A stretch of 64,000 nucleotides of DNA from Gammaproteobacteria bacterium. Lineage in GTDB: Bacteria > Pseudomonadota > Gammaproteobacteria > SURF-13. Below the pieces are notes generated by a model. The model did no database searches and had not been told where the DNA came from. It worked only from the letters and a program-made list of their open reading frames with translations. Shown here one piece after another: positions 1-8,121 of the stretch (positions are counted from its first letter, which is position 1; each line of letters begins with the position of its first letter). The stretch lies in contig JACPZD010000009.1 in NCBI GenBank assembly GCA_016195665.1, forward strand, positions 12,915 through 76,914, given 5' to 3'. A program made the position numbers and the translations under genes.

Positions 1-947
1 ACGTGCTGCCCATCTATAAATTTTAGTTTGTCGGAGTAGAAGAGAATTCGCTGACCGCCCACAAAGTACATGTCTGAATAACCTTCCCGCCCAAGCTTCA
101 TCACAACACTTGCGTTGGCCTTGGAGGCGTCAATCATCTCCCGAGCAGCACTGCTAACCGCAGAGTAATCCGGTCGAGCAAGCTGAATCACACGCCTAGC
201 ATTCTTCAGAACGAAGTCAGATATTCTTTTCTCATATTCTTCGCCGAGTTCTTTTTTGAGGCCTCTTTCGGGCAGACTCAGGCTCCGCGCGAATGCACTT
301 GTAAGAGTTGTAAATTTCCAGTGCAAAAATGGCTCGTCGAAATTTTCGATATATTGGCCATATCTCTTATCTCGCTCGGCACGTGCGGTGAAAACGCGGT
401 TCGGGCTCCATGCCGATTTGTTCTTCGCGTAGATGAGTACAAAGTTTGTTGTGCTAACCACACCGGGGTTGATCGACTTATGCCCAGTCGCAGATCCCTG
501 CTTGAAAGTGACGACGGAAACCCTGTTCGGCCTCCCAAATACTTCATCGAGCATAACAATCAGATACCCGAGTTCGTTGTCGTCGATATGCACGAACAAC
601 GTACCATCTTCTGAAAGTAGTCTCCGAAGAACCTCAAGCCGATCGCGAATCAAGCCAAGCCAGATTGAGTGTTCATATCCATCGTCGTAGTGCTCAAACG
701 CTTGCTGGGTGTTGAATGGCGGATCAATATAGATGCACTTCACCTTGCCCGCGAACTCCGCCTCCAGCGCCTTCAGCGCCAGCAGGTTGTCCCCGAAGAT
801 CAGCCGGTTGTCGAAGATGTCGTTCTCCGTCACACGATGCTTGGCGTGATAAGACTGCACCGGGTCTTCCAGCAAAATGCGAGGCTCCAGCTTCGGCCGG
901 TTCTCCTTCCCGATCCAGGTGAGTTCGAGTTTTTTCTTACCACTCAT
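1..947 (-). CDS. Type III-like N6-adenine DNA methyltransferase (Mod), N-terminal part; continues past the left edge
   Basis: Open frame missing from the ORF track because it has no stop in the window. Hand translation from ATG 947: MSGKKKLELTWIGKENRPKLEPRILLED...FGDNLLALKALEAEFAGKVKCIYIDPPFNTQQ. This includes a DPPF catalytic motif and an LELTWIGK N-terminus typical of Mod-type enzymes. Confidence 0.8.
   Translation of the reverse strand, partial: MSGKKKLELTWIGKENRPKLEPRILLEDPVQSYHAKHRVTENDIFDNRLIFGDNLLALKALEAEFAGKVKCIYIDPPFNTQQAFEHYDDGYEHSIWLGLIRDRLEVLRRLLSEDGTLFVHIDDNELGYLIVMLDEVFGRPNRVSVVTFKQGSATGHKSINPGVVSTTNFVLIYAKNKSAWSPNRVFTARAERDKRYGQYIENFDEPFLHWKFTTLTSAFARSLSLPERGLKKELGEEYEKRISDFVLKNARRVIQLARPDYSAVSSAAREMIDASKANASVVMKLGREGYSDMYFVGGQRILFYSDKLKFIDGQH
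893..947. repeat. Direct repeat R1: the genuine 5' end of mod
   Basis: 912-947 matches 2504-2539 at 29/36 positions (22/23 in the core GATCC[A/T]GGTGAGTTCGAGTTTTT). 893-911 versus 2485-2503 matches about 16/20 by hand alignment. Confidence 0.75.
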
Positions 948-1897
948 GAGCGGGAGCCTTTTGGCCCCACCTTCTTCTTTGCCGCCGAATCGAAGACCTC
1001 CTGATTGATTGGCGAGCGAAGTCGGTCGTTGTTGAGGAGCTTCAGCAGTAGCTCGATGGTCTCGGGCTCGACAACGATCTTGCCGTTTTCGACTTTCAAC
1101 TCCCAGCCTTCCTCGACGCTCACTTCGGTGAGTCGTTTCAGATAGTCTGGTTGTTGGTAATAACCAGCTTTCCGTATCGAGGCCAGTTTTCTCAGATGAT
1201 GAAGATTGTCCCCGACATACTCGCGAATTGGAGCAACGTCGCTCAAGAAGGCGAGTGACTCGAACTGCGCAAGCAACTCGCTCCGGTGGTTTTTCATGCC
1301 CTCACGGAAGTTCATTGAGCTTTCAAACTCCCGCTTGTGTGCGATAAAGGTTATGCCTTCATAGGCAAAGAAATCGAAATGCGGGTCAATAAGGAAAACT
1401 TCGTCCTCGGCAATATCGGTTAGTCTGTGGTTCTGGAAGAAGAGCGCTTTCCTTGACTCCACCTTCCTGGGCTGGGTCATGGCATTGATCTTTCGCCATG
1501 CGTAGACATGCTCGCCGCCGTGTTCGAGGTGGATAACGTATGCCCAGGAATTTAGGAGGTCGCTGTACTCCTTCGCGCGTTGGTTGTCGAAACCCTGCTC
1601 GATGGCCTGCTCCACCTTCGGAAAATCAGTAGTGTCGGAGTCCAGCGTCAGTAGCACGTCGTCGGCATCCGCATTACTGAAGTCGTATTCGTCCAGATGA
1701 AAGTCGCGGCTTTGCAATTGTTGCTTGACATAGTTCCTGAAGCGTTTCTGGAGTTTCGTATCGATGTCAACGCGAAGCACCGAGTAGCTTGCCTCGCGCT
1801 GTGCCGCCTTTCGCTTAATCAGCCAGAACGTGATGGTCCACGAGCCAAAATCCATCGACTTCAGTTTCTTGAATGCTCTTGCAGGCTTGGTTGTCAT
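944..1897 (-). CDS. Soluble ~317-aa protein, candidate KwaB (DUF4868-like) of a Kiwa-type pair
   Basis: ORF 944..1966, trimmed to ATG 1897 (MTTKPARAF...), which has a GGAGAG Shine-Dalgarno and lies 13 nt after the upstream stop. Size and pairing with a ~190-aa 4-TM protein fit Kiwa. Family membership was not checked by HMM. Confidence 0.5.
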   Translation of the reverse strand: MTTKPARAFKKLKSMDFGSWTITFWLIKRKAAQREASYSVLRVDIDTKLQKRFRNYVKQQLQSRDFHLDEYDFSNADADDVLLTLDSDTTDFPKVEQAIEQGFDNQRAKEYSDLLNSWAYVIHLEHGGEHVYAWRKINAMTQPRKVESRKALFFQNHRLTDIAEDEVFLIDPHFDFFAYEGITFIAHKREFESSMNFREGMKNHRSELLAQFESLAFLSDVAPIREYVGDNLHHLRKLASIRKAGYYQQPDYLKRLTEVSVEEGWELKVENGKIVVEPETIELLLKLLNNDRLRSPINQEVFDSAAKKKVGPKGSRS

Positions 1898-1910
1898 TTG
1901 CTCTCCGAAC

Positions 1911-2486
1911 TCAAGAACAGCTTCTAGGGTGTGCAACGATGTACAGGTAGTGCGACATCCGTTCAATCACATAAGACTCGCCGATCTTGAGTGGTGCCTT
2001 TGTGATAACAAGTGCTTGGGTCTCTGTTGCACCGCGCTTAAAGGTGCAATCGATCAACATGTACCCGGCCAGAGCCAGCACCGGATTGACGAACACCGTT
2101 TGCGTTCGATATGCGACCACGAAGAGCATCGCGAGGAAAATGAAGAGGCTGAGTAACGTCTGCCAGTCTCCGAGATCGATGCGTAAGAACGAGACCATGT
2201 ACGGAATCGTGTATCCAAACATCTCCCCCGACTTGTTCGATGCCTTGGTAACCTCAACCGAAAGACCACTCTGTACGTCGCGGACCGCATGCAGAATGCC
2301 GATGCAACTGCCAATTGCAATCAACAAGAGTGCAGCAGAGAACAATGGATGCTGTGGCAGCCAGTGTAACTGCTGGGAATCGTAGTCCTTGATCACAAGG
2401 ATCAATAACAACGGGGAATAAGCACTCAGAAATAGCAGCAACGACGCCCAAGGGTGGAGCCGTAATGCTGGATCAGGTGAGGTCAT
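1911..2486 (-). CDS. 191-aa multi-pass membrane protein, candidate KwaA
   Basis: About four hydrophobic helices: WASLLLFLSAYSPLLLILVI, LFSAALLLIAIGSCIGIL, LLSLFIFLAMLFVVAY, VFVNPVLALAGYMLI. It lies immediately upstream of the KwaB-like gene. Confidence 0.5.
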   Translation of the reverse strand: MTSPDPALRLHPWASLLLFLSAYSPLLLILVIKDYDSQQLHWLPQHPLFSAALLLIAIGSCIGILHAVRDVQSGLSVEVTKASNKSGEMFGYTIPYMVSFLRIDLGDWQTLLSLFIFLAMLFVVAYRTQTVFVNPVLALAGYMLIDCTFKRGATETQALVITKAPLKIGESYVIERMSHYLYIVAHPRSCS

Positions 2487-2539
2487 ACCAGGGTCTCCTT
2501 GCTGATCCTGGTGAGTTCGAGTTTTTGTTTCTTAGTCAT
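2483..2539 (-). pseudogene. 18-codon relic of a mod 5' end (direct repeat R2), now a leader ORF ahead of the kwaA-like gene
   Basis: Encodes MTKKQKLELTRISKETLV*, compared with the real mod MSGKKKLELTWIGKENRP. Its TGA overlaps the kwaA-like ATG (TCAT at 2483-2486 on the plus strand). Confidence 0.7.
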
Positions 2540-2553
2540 CAATTTCTCGCTGC

Positions 2554-4869
2554 TTAGATACGGACGCGCGCGCGTTCGCGCGCCTGCAACTGCGCACGGA
2601 TCTCTGTATAGAGCCGCGCCTCTTCGTTTTCGCGATCGCTCATGCGGATCACCAAGGCATAGGGTTCTTCTTCCAGCGTAAACGGCGGGATGCCCCATGC
2701 ATGATCGTTGCGTGTCACGGCAACAAACAATTTTTCCGTGCGGGACTGCTTGATTGCCCATGTAGATGCCTGCACTGTCCCGTAGGCGCGCTTCTGGGCG
2801 CCGTAGGTTGTCTTGTTGCAGTTGATTTCCTTGATGCTTTCAACCTCATCGACTGTTGCCTTGTCGAAAGCGGACACGGCATCTTCAAGAGTCCCCGCTT
2901 CCACCAGCCGGAACTGGAAACGGCTGGCCTTGTAGTCGAAGCGCGTTGTCCGGACCGGGGGGCAGTGGGCGAACGCGACGGTGATTTCACGCCTGCGACT
3001 TTTCTTGCCGCTGTTGTAGAAACTCTCCGGGATCGGTACTTCATAGAAGTGATGATGCTTGTCGATGAGGGCCGATTCAGAAATTAAAATTACCTGCTCC
3101 TCGGTGGAGCGGTACAGATTGGAAACATCGACCATTCCGTAACCGACTACTTGCGCGAGTTGGTCTTCCTCACCACGGAAAAGATCATGGCTGGCGGCAG
3201 GGATCCTTCCGTTCGCAATCAGCAACGCGCGGAGCAGATTCATACTGGCATTGGGTACTTCCGTCAACAATCGAGCGGCGGCATGGGCGACATGAGGGGC
3301 CGCGAAGCTTGTGCCCGCTCTTTCAGAAAGTAAACGACCCTCAGCAAAATCTTTGTCGGTGGACAATTCTCCCAGCCACCGATCCGATATGTGTCCTCCA
3401 CGGGGATCAATGGCCTGGTTTCCGCCATACGCCACCAACTCCGGTTTGATTGCCCCTTTTATGGAACAACCGCAGCGGGTAAACGATGACGGCTGGTCTC
3501 TTTGCGCAATCGGGTTTTCCGGCAAATCGTGTGGCCAGCGCCATGCCTTGGCGCTCCGATCCCAGCGGGCAAGACTCCCAATGGTAAGCACGTTTAATGC
3601 CGGAGCTGGATCTACCAGCTTGGCTTCATCTCTGAAAAGGTAATGCGGATATTCGTTTTTCAACCACTCGATTGGTATATCCAGGAAGTTTCCGGTTGGC
3701 ACGACGAATAGTACATCTAATTCGCGCGCAAGTCGGTCGAGCGTGTACGCAAGACCACCAACTCGGCCCCCAAGGTAGGGCTTATTCAAGTTGCCGTAGG
3801 AAAGGTTGAAGACACGGCAGCCATAGTTCTCGTGGAAATATCTAACCGCTTCTTCCACGATGTTCTCGATGAAGCGCGCGTCGGATTCGGCTTTGTGATC
3901 GAGCACGCGCCCACTCAACAAGCGCAGTTGTGGAATGAACTCCTTGGCCTGGGCACAGGCTTCGACCTCCCCATAGAGTGCGATACCTGCCACGATGGTT
4001 CCGTGACCGTTATCGTCATGGGAGGCTTTGTCGGGGAGCAGGAACCCCTGAGCGTCACCCAGCGCCGGAGCAAGGAGTGGGTGTCCTTCGGCAATACCGC
4101 TATCGAGTACCGCCACCAACGGGGCATTATCTGGAGGCGTGGATTGCCTGACTTCCTGAATATCGAGCTGCATGACGCCCAACTCCAGCCCCAAGCGTGG
4201 CGGCAGGTCGGCCGTTCGGACGTCGCGATGTCTCAACAGCAATTCAGCTTGCTTCCGGAGGAGTCTCAGCCGATAGGCAACAAAGTCTTCCGCGTTGATG
4301 CGATCCCGTATTACGGCTCCCTCTTTCGCCAGCCAGGCATTGAAAGCCGACGTCATTGCCTCACGCTCATCGCGTCGCCCAAGCGGCCATAACTCCACAT
4401 CAAGGATGAAAGGTTCCTGAGCCGGTAGCCCATCACGCCTCAAGGCCCAGCCCTTACGATCTTCCGGCGTCCAGTGATCGAACGCTTCCAGTGCATAGAG
4501 GATGTTGGCGTACTTGGGTGTTTTACCATCGGCGAGTTGGCTAAGCCTGGCCTCGAATTCATCCAGTGCGGTCTTATCGGCGAAGGCAAGCGCGTAGCCG
4601 CCATCTTCTTGGCTGACCACCTCAACGCCGGGGAATGCTCGCTCAATTTGTTCCGGCGGCAGCGCGCCGACCTTCAGCTTGAAAAGCGGGTGGTCGTCAA
4701 AACCACCGATGTCTTTACCGGCCTCCTCAATTGAGACCGTAAGGCTCTTTTGGAGTTTGCGCGCATGTCCAGGCAAGTCTGCTGGCCTCGAAAAGCGGGG
4801 AGGTTGTCCGGGCCGCTTCTGTTTGATGGGTTGCTCGCGCTCAAACCTTAGATGGGGGTAGGCTTCCAT
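2554..4869 (-). CDS. S8 (subtilisin-like) serine peptidase, IetS-type
   Basis: Catalytic triad motifs VLDSGI (Asp), HGTIVAGIA (His) and GTSFAAPHVA (Ser). 771 aa. Starts 6 nt after the AAA ATPase stop. Confidence 0.8.
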   Translation of the reverse strand: MEAYPHLRFEREQPIKQKRPGQPPRFSRPADLPGHARKLQKSLTVSIEEAGKDIGGFDDHPLFKLKVGALPPEQIERAFPGVEVVSQEDGGYALAFADKTALDEFEARLSQLADGKTPKYANILYALEAFDHWTPEDRKGWALRRDGLPAQEPFILDVELWPLGRRDEREAMTSAFNAWLAKEGAVIRDRINAEDFVAYRLRLLRKQAELLLRHRDVRTADLPPRLGLELGVMQLDIQEVRQSTPPDNAPLVAVLDSGIAEGHPLLAPALGDAQGFLLPDKASHDDNGHGTIVAGIALYGEVEACAQAKEFIPQLRLLSGRVLDHKAESDARFIENIVEEAVRYFHENYGCRVFNLSYGNLNKPYLGGRVGGLAYTLDRLARELDVLFVVPTGNFLDIPIEWLKNEYPHYLFRDEAKLVDPAPALNVLTIGSLARWDRSAKAWRWPHDLPENPIAQRDQPSSFTRCGCSIKGAIKPELVAYGGNQAIDPRGGHISDRWLGELSTDKDFAEGRLLSERAGTSFAAPHVAHAAARLLTEVPNASMNLLRALLIANGRIPAASHDLFRGEEDQLAQVVGYGMVDVSNLYRSTEEQVILISESALIDKHHHFYEVPIPESFYNSGKKSRRREITVAFAHCPPVRTTRFDYKASRFQFRLVEAGTLEDAVSAFDKATVDEVESIKEINCNKTTYGAQKRAYGTVQASTWAIKQSRTEKLFVAVTRNDHAWGIPPFTLEEEPYALVIRMSDRENEEARLYTEIRAQLQARERARVRI

Positions 4870-4875
4870 TGCGCA

Positions 4876-5874
4876 TTACACCCCCGACAGTTGTCGCTTT
4901 CTGTTCAACTCACGCTGCTGAGCTTTTTCAATATGGCGAAGCTGAAGGAACTCCTGTCCCTTGAGGATCATGTCCTTGATGGCATGCCGTAACACGCGCT
5001 CCACGTCGGCATGGGACATCTCCGAGAAATATGAAAGAACCCGCTCGTCATCCAATTCAAAATCGCGACGTACGCCGCGTAACTTGATCTTCAGAAGCTG
5101 CGCAAGCTGTTCCCGCGTGGGTAGGCCGAATACCAGCACTTCCTCAAAGCGTCGCCAGATGGCGGAATCGAGCATGCCCTCGTGGTTAGTCGCCGCAATG
5201 ATGAGGCTCTTGCCCTGATAGGCGTCGAGCATTTGCAGCACAGCGTTGACCACGCGCTTGAGTTCGCCGTGTTCGCTGGCATCCGCCCTCTCTTTACCTA
5301 AAGCATCGAATTCGTCGAAAAGAGCCACCATAGGGGTGGAATCGATGAAGTCAAAGACCTTGCGCAGATTGGCGGCGGTTTCGCCGAGATAGGAGGATAC
5401 CACGCTGTCGAGGCGAATGAGTGCAAGCGGAAGGCCCAGTTCCGTGGCAATAACCTCTGCCGTCAGAGTCTTTCCGCAACCCGGCGGGCCGCAAAAAAGT
5501 ATTTTGTCAGCTGGACGTAGACCATGGCTTCTGAGTACATCGGCTCGATGGTGCTGTTCAAGGATGTCCTCGATGACCTGCTGGTTTTCATCGGCGAGAA
5601 CGACTTCTTCTAAACCGCGTGCTGGCTCGCGGAAACCAAGGAGCGGCAGGCCGCGCTCCTGATCTACAGGGATGCGCTCCGAGAGTCCTCGGGTTGCCAT
5701 GGATATGGGGCGATGGCCTCCACCATAAAGGATTTGCTCTAGGTCGTTGGCGAGCAGATGATGCTGTTTCTGCCGCTCTTCCCGGATGATGGCCTCGGAT
5801 GCCTGCCGGAAGGCGTTCGCATCTCCGGCCGATCCAGCCTTAATGATCTGTCTCAGTATCTTCCCGCTCGCCAT
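4876..5874 (-). CDS. AAA+ ATPase, IetA-type
   Basis: Walker A GPPGCGKT and Walker B ALFDEFD. 332 aa. Paired with the downstream S8 peptidase, as in the ietAS defence architecture. Confidence 0.8.
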   Translation of the reverse strand: MASGKILRQIIKAGSAGDANAFRQASEAIIREERQKQHHLLANDLEQILYGGGHRPISMATRGLSERIPVDQERGLPLLGFREPARGLEEVVLADENQQVIEDILEQHHRADVLRSHGLRPADKILFCGPPGCGKTLTAEVIATELGLPLALIRLDSVVSSYLGETAANLRKVFDFIDSTPMVALFDEFDALGKERADASEHGELKRVVNAVLQMLDAYQGKSLIIAATNHEGMLDSAIWRRFEEVLVFGLPTREQLAQLLKIKLRGVRRDFELDDERVLSYFSEMSHADVERVLRHAIKDMILKGQEFLQLRHIEKAQQRELNRKRQLSGV

Positions 5875-6332
5875 GATGTTCTCCCCAATTTTCGTGATTT
5901 TACCCTATTGACTAGCTCATTAGATGAGCCTTATGGCTTGGTTCCTCAAGTCTATAAGGTTTTGCTATCTTCAAGCGTCCTCAATTCAAATCCCTCAATC
6001 TCCTGCAACGACTTGCCCGCAATCCCCTGCAAGTCCCCATACATTCGGAACAAATTCTGGGGCAAGTCTTGCATTGCAACATTACTGGACTCAGCCTGCA
6101 CTCCACCCAGGCGATCCCACGACATCGCCGGTCGATCATTGCGTTTGTTTCTGTTTCTTGTTGTGTAACCACCGCCCCCCTATCCCCGCTGGCTTTCAAA
6201 TTTACCGAGAGCCGACTTCGCTCGGCCTACTCCGTGGCCGTGCCCGGCGCCGCACTACTTCCGCCATCCCGCGCAGCGGCGATGATATATCGTAACTGCG
6301 GATGGGTCATAAAGACAGGCCGACCTGAGTAT

Positions 6333-6767
6333 TTATATGTTTAGCGTTTTGAGGAATTGATCGGCGGTTATGATGGGGCAGATAAACTGACCAGCGAGGC
6401 TCAGCAGATCCCGATCCCCAGTAACAAGATAGGCAGCCTTGCCTGCGCTGGCAAGCTGCAGAAAGGGCACGTCGAACGGATCGCGGCAATGTGGCATTGC
6501 GGCCATTTTGGCAGGCATGCGTACCGTGGTGCAGTAGGGCAAATAGTCGGCAAGCAGTTCTTGCTGTTCTGCCCCGGAGAGTTTGAATTTCGAGTATGCA
6601 AGCGCACGTAGCAGTTCCGCCGCAGTGGCGTTTGATACCAGCGGCTGACAGCGGGCGCCTTGCCAGGCATAGCGCAATGGTGTCAGCCGCCCTTGGGCAA
6701 ACACCAGTGCAGATAGCACCAGATTGGTGTCGATCACCACGCGCGGCGCGCGCGGGGAACCGCTCAT
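6333..6767 (-). CDS. PIN-domain toxin (VapC-like)
   Basis: MSGSPRAPRVVIDTNLVLSALVF... fits a PIN N-terminal strand with an acidic residue. Its start overlaps the antitoxin stop. Confidence 0.7.
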   Translation of the reverse strand: MSGSPRAPRVVIDTNLVLSALVFAQGRLTPLRYAWQGARCQPLVSNATAAELLRALAYSKFKLSGAEQQELLADYLPYCTTVRMPAKMAAMPHCRDPFDVPFLQLASAGKAAYLVTGDRDLLSLAGQFICPIITADQFLKTLNI

Positions 6768-7021
6768 TTCTTGCGCCGGCTCTTTACAGGGGCCTGACCG
6801 GGCGCTTGCCGCGCCCATGCAACCGCGGCGTTAATGTCCTGCTCCTGCAGGTCCAGTTCAGCCAGTTTGGCGCGCACGGCATCGCCACGCTGGATGCGCA
6901 CCGGGGTCAGCACGATCTGGCCGTTACGGGTTTCCACGTCAAAATATTCTGCGGGGCCGACGTCTGCGGTCACGCTCTTGGGCAGGGTAAGCTGATTTTT
7001 TGCGGTCAATTTGGCAAGCAT
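6764..7021 (-). CDS. AbrB/MazE/SpoVT-type antitoxin
   Basis: MLAKLTAKNQLTLPKSVTADVG... fits a swapped-hairpin AbrB-like N-terminus. 85 aa, upstream of the PIN gene. Confidence 0.7.
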   Translation of the reverse strand: MLAKLTAKNQLTLPKSVTADVGPAEYFDVETRNGQIVLTPVRIQRGDAVRAKLAELDLQEQDINAAVAWARQAPGQAPVKSRRKK

Positions 7022-7041
7022 GGCAGCGCTCCAATTCGAAA

Positions 7042-7084
7042 AGTAAGGATTCCTTACTATATGCTATTGACGATAATTTGGCAA
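7042..7084 (-). promoter_or_regulatory. Sigma70-type promoter plus palindromic operator of the TA pair
   Basis: On the minus strand: TTGCCA (7084-7079), a 17-nt spacer, then TATAGT (7061-7056). The palindrome AGTAAGGA-T-TCCTTACT (7042-7058) abuts the -10 element. Confidence 0.45.
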
Positions 7085-7127
7085 CAAACGAGGGATTGTT
7101 GCCTGCACCCGCGGACCTCAGTGCGCA

Positions 7128-8108
7128 TTATCCCTGAGGCAGTTGCAAGACCAGCGACACGCGGCGATTATGCGCGCGACCTTCCGCTGTGGCGTTATCG
7201 GTGCGTGGGTGCGTGTCCGCATAACCGATGGCGCGCAACCGGCCGGCGGTGATGCCACGCACGATCAGATAGCGCGTGACGTTGGTTGCCCGCGTGCTGG
7301 ACAATTCCCAGTTCGATGCAAAGCGCAGATTTTCGATGGGGATATTATCGGTATGCCCTTCGACAGAGACCGAATAATTCTGGTTCACGAGCAGCGCAGC
7401 CAGTTCATCCAGCAGTTGCCGGCCAAGCGGCTTAAGCGTAGCGCTGCCGGGCTCGAACAGGATATTGTCGCTGATTTCGAGATTAACGCTGTCCGGATGG
7501 GCGGTCACTTCAATGCGTGTCCCGAGCGCGCTGGCCTGAATAGTTTCGAGAAAATTATTCCGTGCGGGTGCCGTCGCCGAGGCATCAGGCGGTGGTTCCT
7601 CTGTACTAGCGTTTGTCAGGTTCGATGGACGACCCTCTTCTTGCAGAACGGGTGGCGTCTCAGGTTCTGCCTGTAGCGGTGGTATCACCGGCCGCTGTGC
7701 GGTTTCCTTAGGCAGCGTGATATAACCCCGCTGCGTCGCACTGATGCCTACCATGGGCAACGAAACCTGCTCGATGATGGAAGAGACAAGCGGTTGCGCA
7801 GCAGGCGTCGCAGATGGGCGCAGACTGTGCGTCGTACTACGAGCTTGTTGGCTCACCGGGCTCGACACCGATGTGACCTTTGCATAGGCAAGCAGCAGGA
7901 CGAACAGGGCAAGCAGCAAGGTCATGATGTCCATGTAGCTGATCATCCATACTTCATCCTCGCCTGCTTGGGCCAGACTGCTTTCTGTAAGGGCAATGGC
8001 ATCGTGTGTGGCTTGCGTGTCGGTGTGACGTGCCGGTACGCGTGACAATGGAGTAGCAGACCTATGCGCCATAGGGGCGAGCGGGTGCATTCTGGACAAT
8101 TGACTCAT
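7128..8108 (-). CDS. MotB/OmpA-family stator protein
   Basis: Single TM helix (ISYMDIMTLLLALFVLLLAYA), a Pro-rich linker, and a C-terminal OmpA-like domain (VEGHTDNIPI...NWELSSTRA...NRRV). Confidence 0.75.
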   Translation of the reverse strand: MSQLSRMHPLAPMAHRSATPLSRVPARHTDTQATHDAIALTESSLAQAGEDEVWMISYMDIMTLLLALFVLLLAYAKVTSVSSPVSQQARSTTHSLRPSATPAAQPLVSSIIEQVSLPMVGISATQRGYITLPKETAQRPVIPPLQAEPETPPVLQEEGRPSNLTNASTEEPPPDASATAPARNNFLETIQASALGTRIEVTAHPDSVNLEISDNILFEPGSATLKPLGRQLLDELAALLVNQNYSVSVEGHTDNIPIENLRFASNWELSSTRATNVTRYLIVRGITAGRLRAIGYADTHPRTDNATAEGRAHNRRVSLVLQLPQG

Positions 8109-8121
8109 TACTGCGTCACCA

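Noticed and set aside
5875-6332. ORF-track entries in the 458-nt gap upstream of the AAA ATPase gene (5758..6168, 5924..6295, 5981..6199, 6069..6344).
   Set aside because: They overlap one another, lack ribosome-binding sites and have Cys/Pro/Ser-rich improbable compositions. I treat the region as a non-coding leader/promoter region. I found no tRNA or att-like feature in it.
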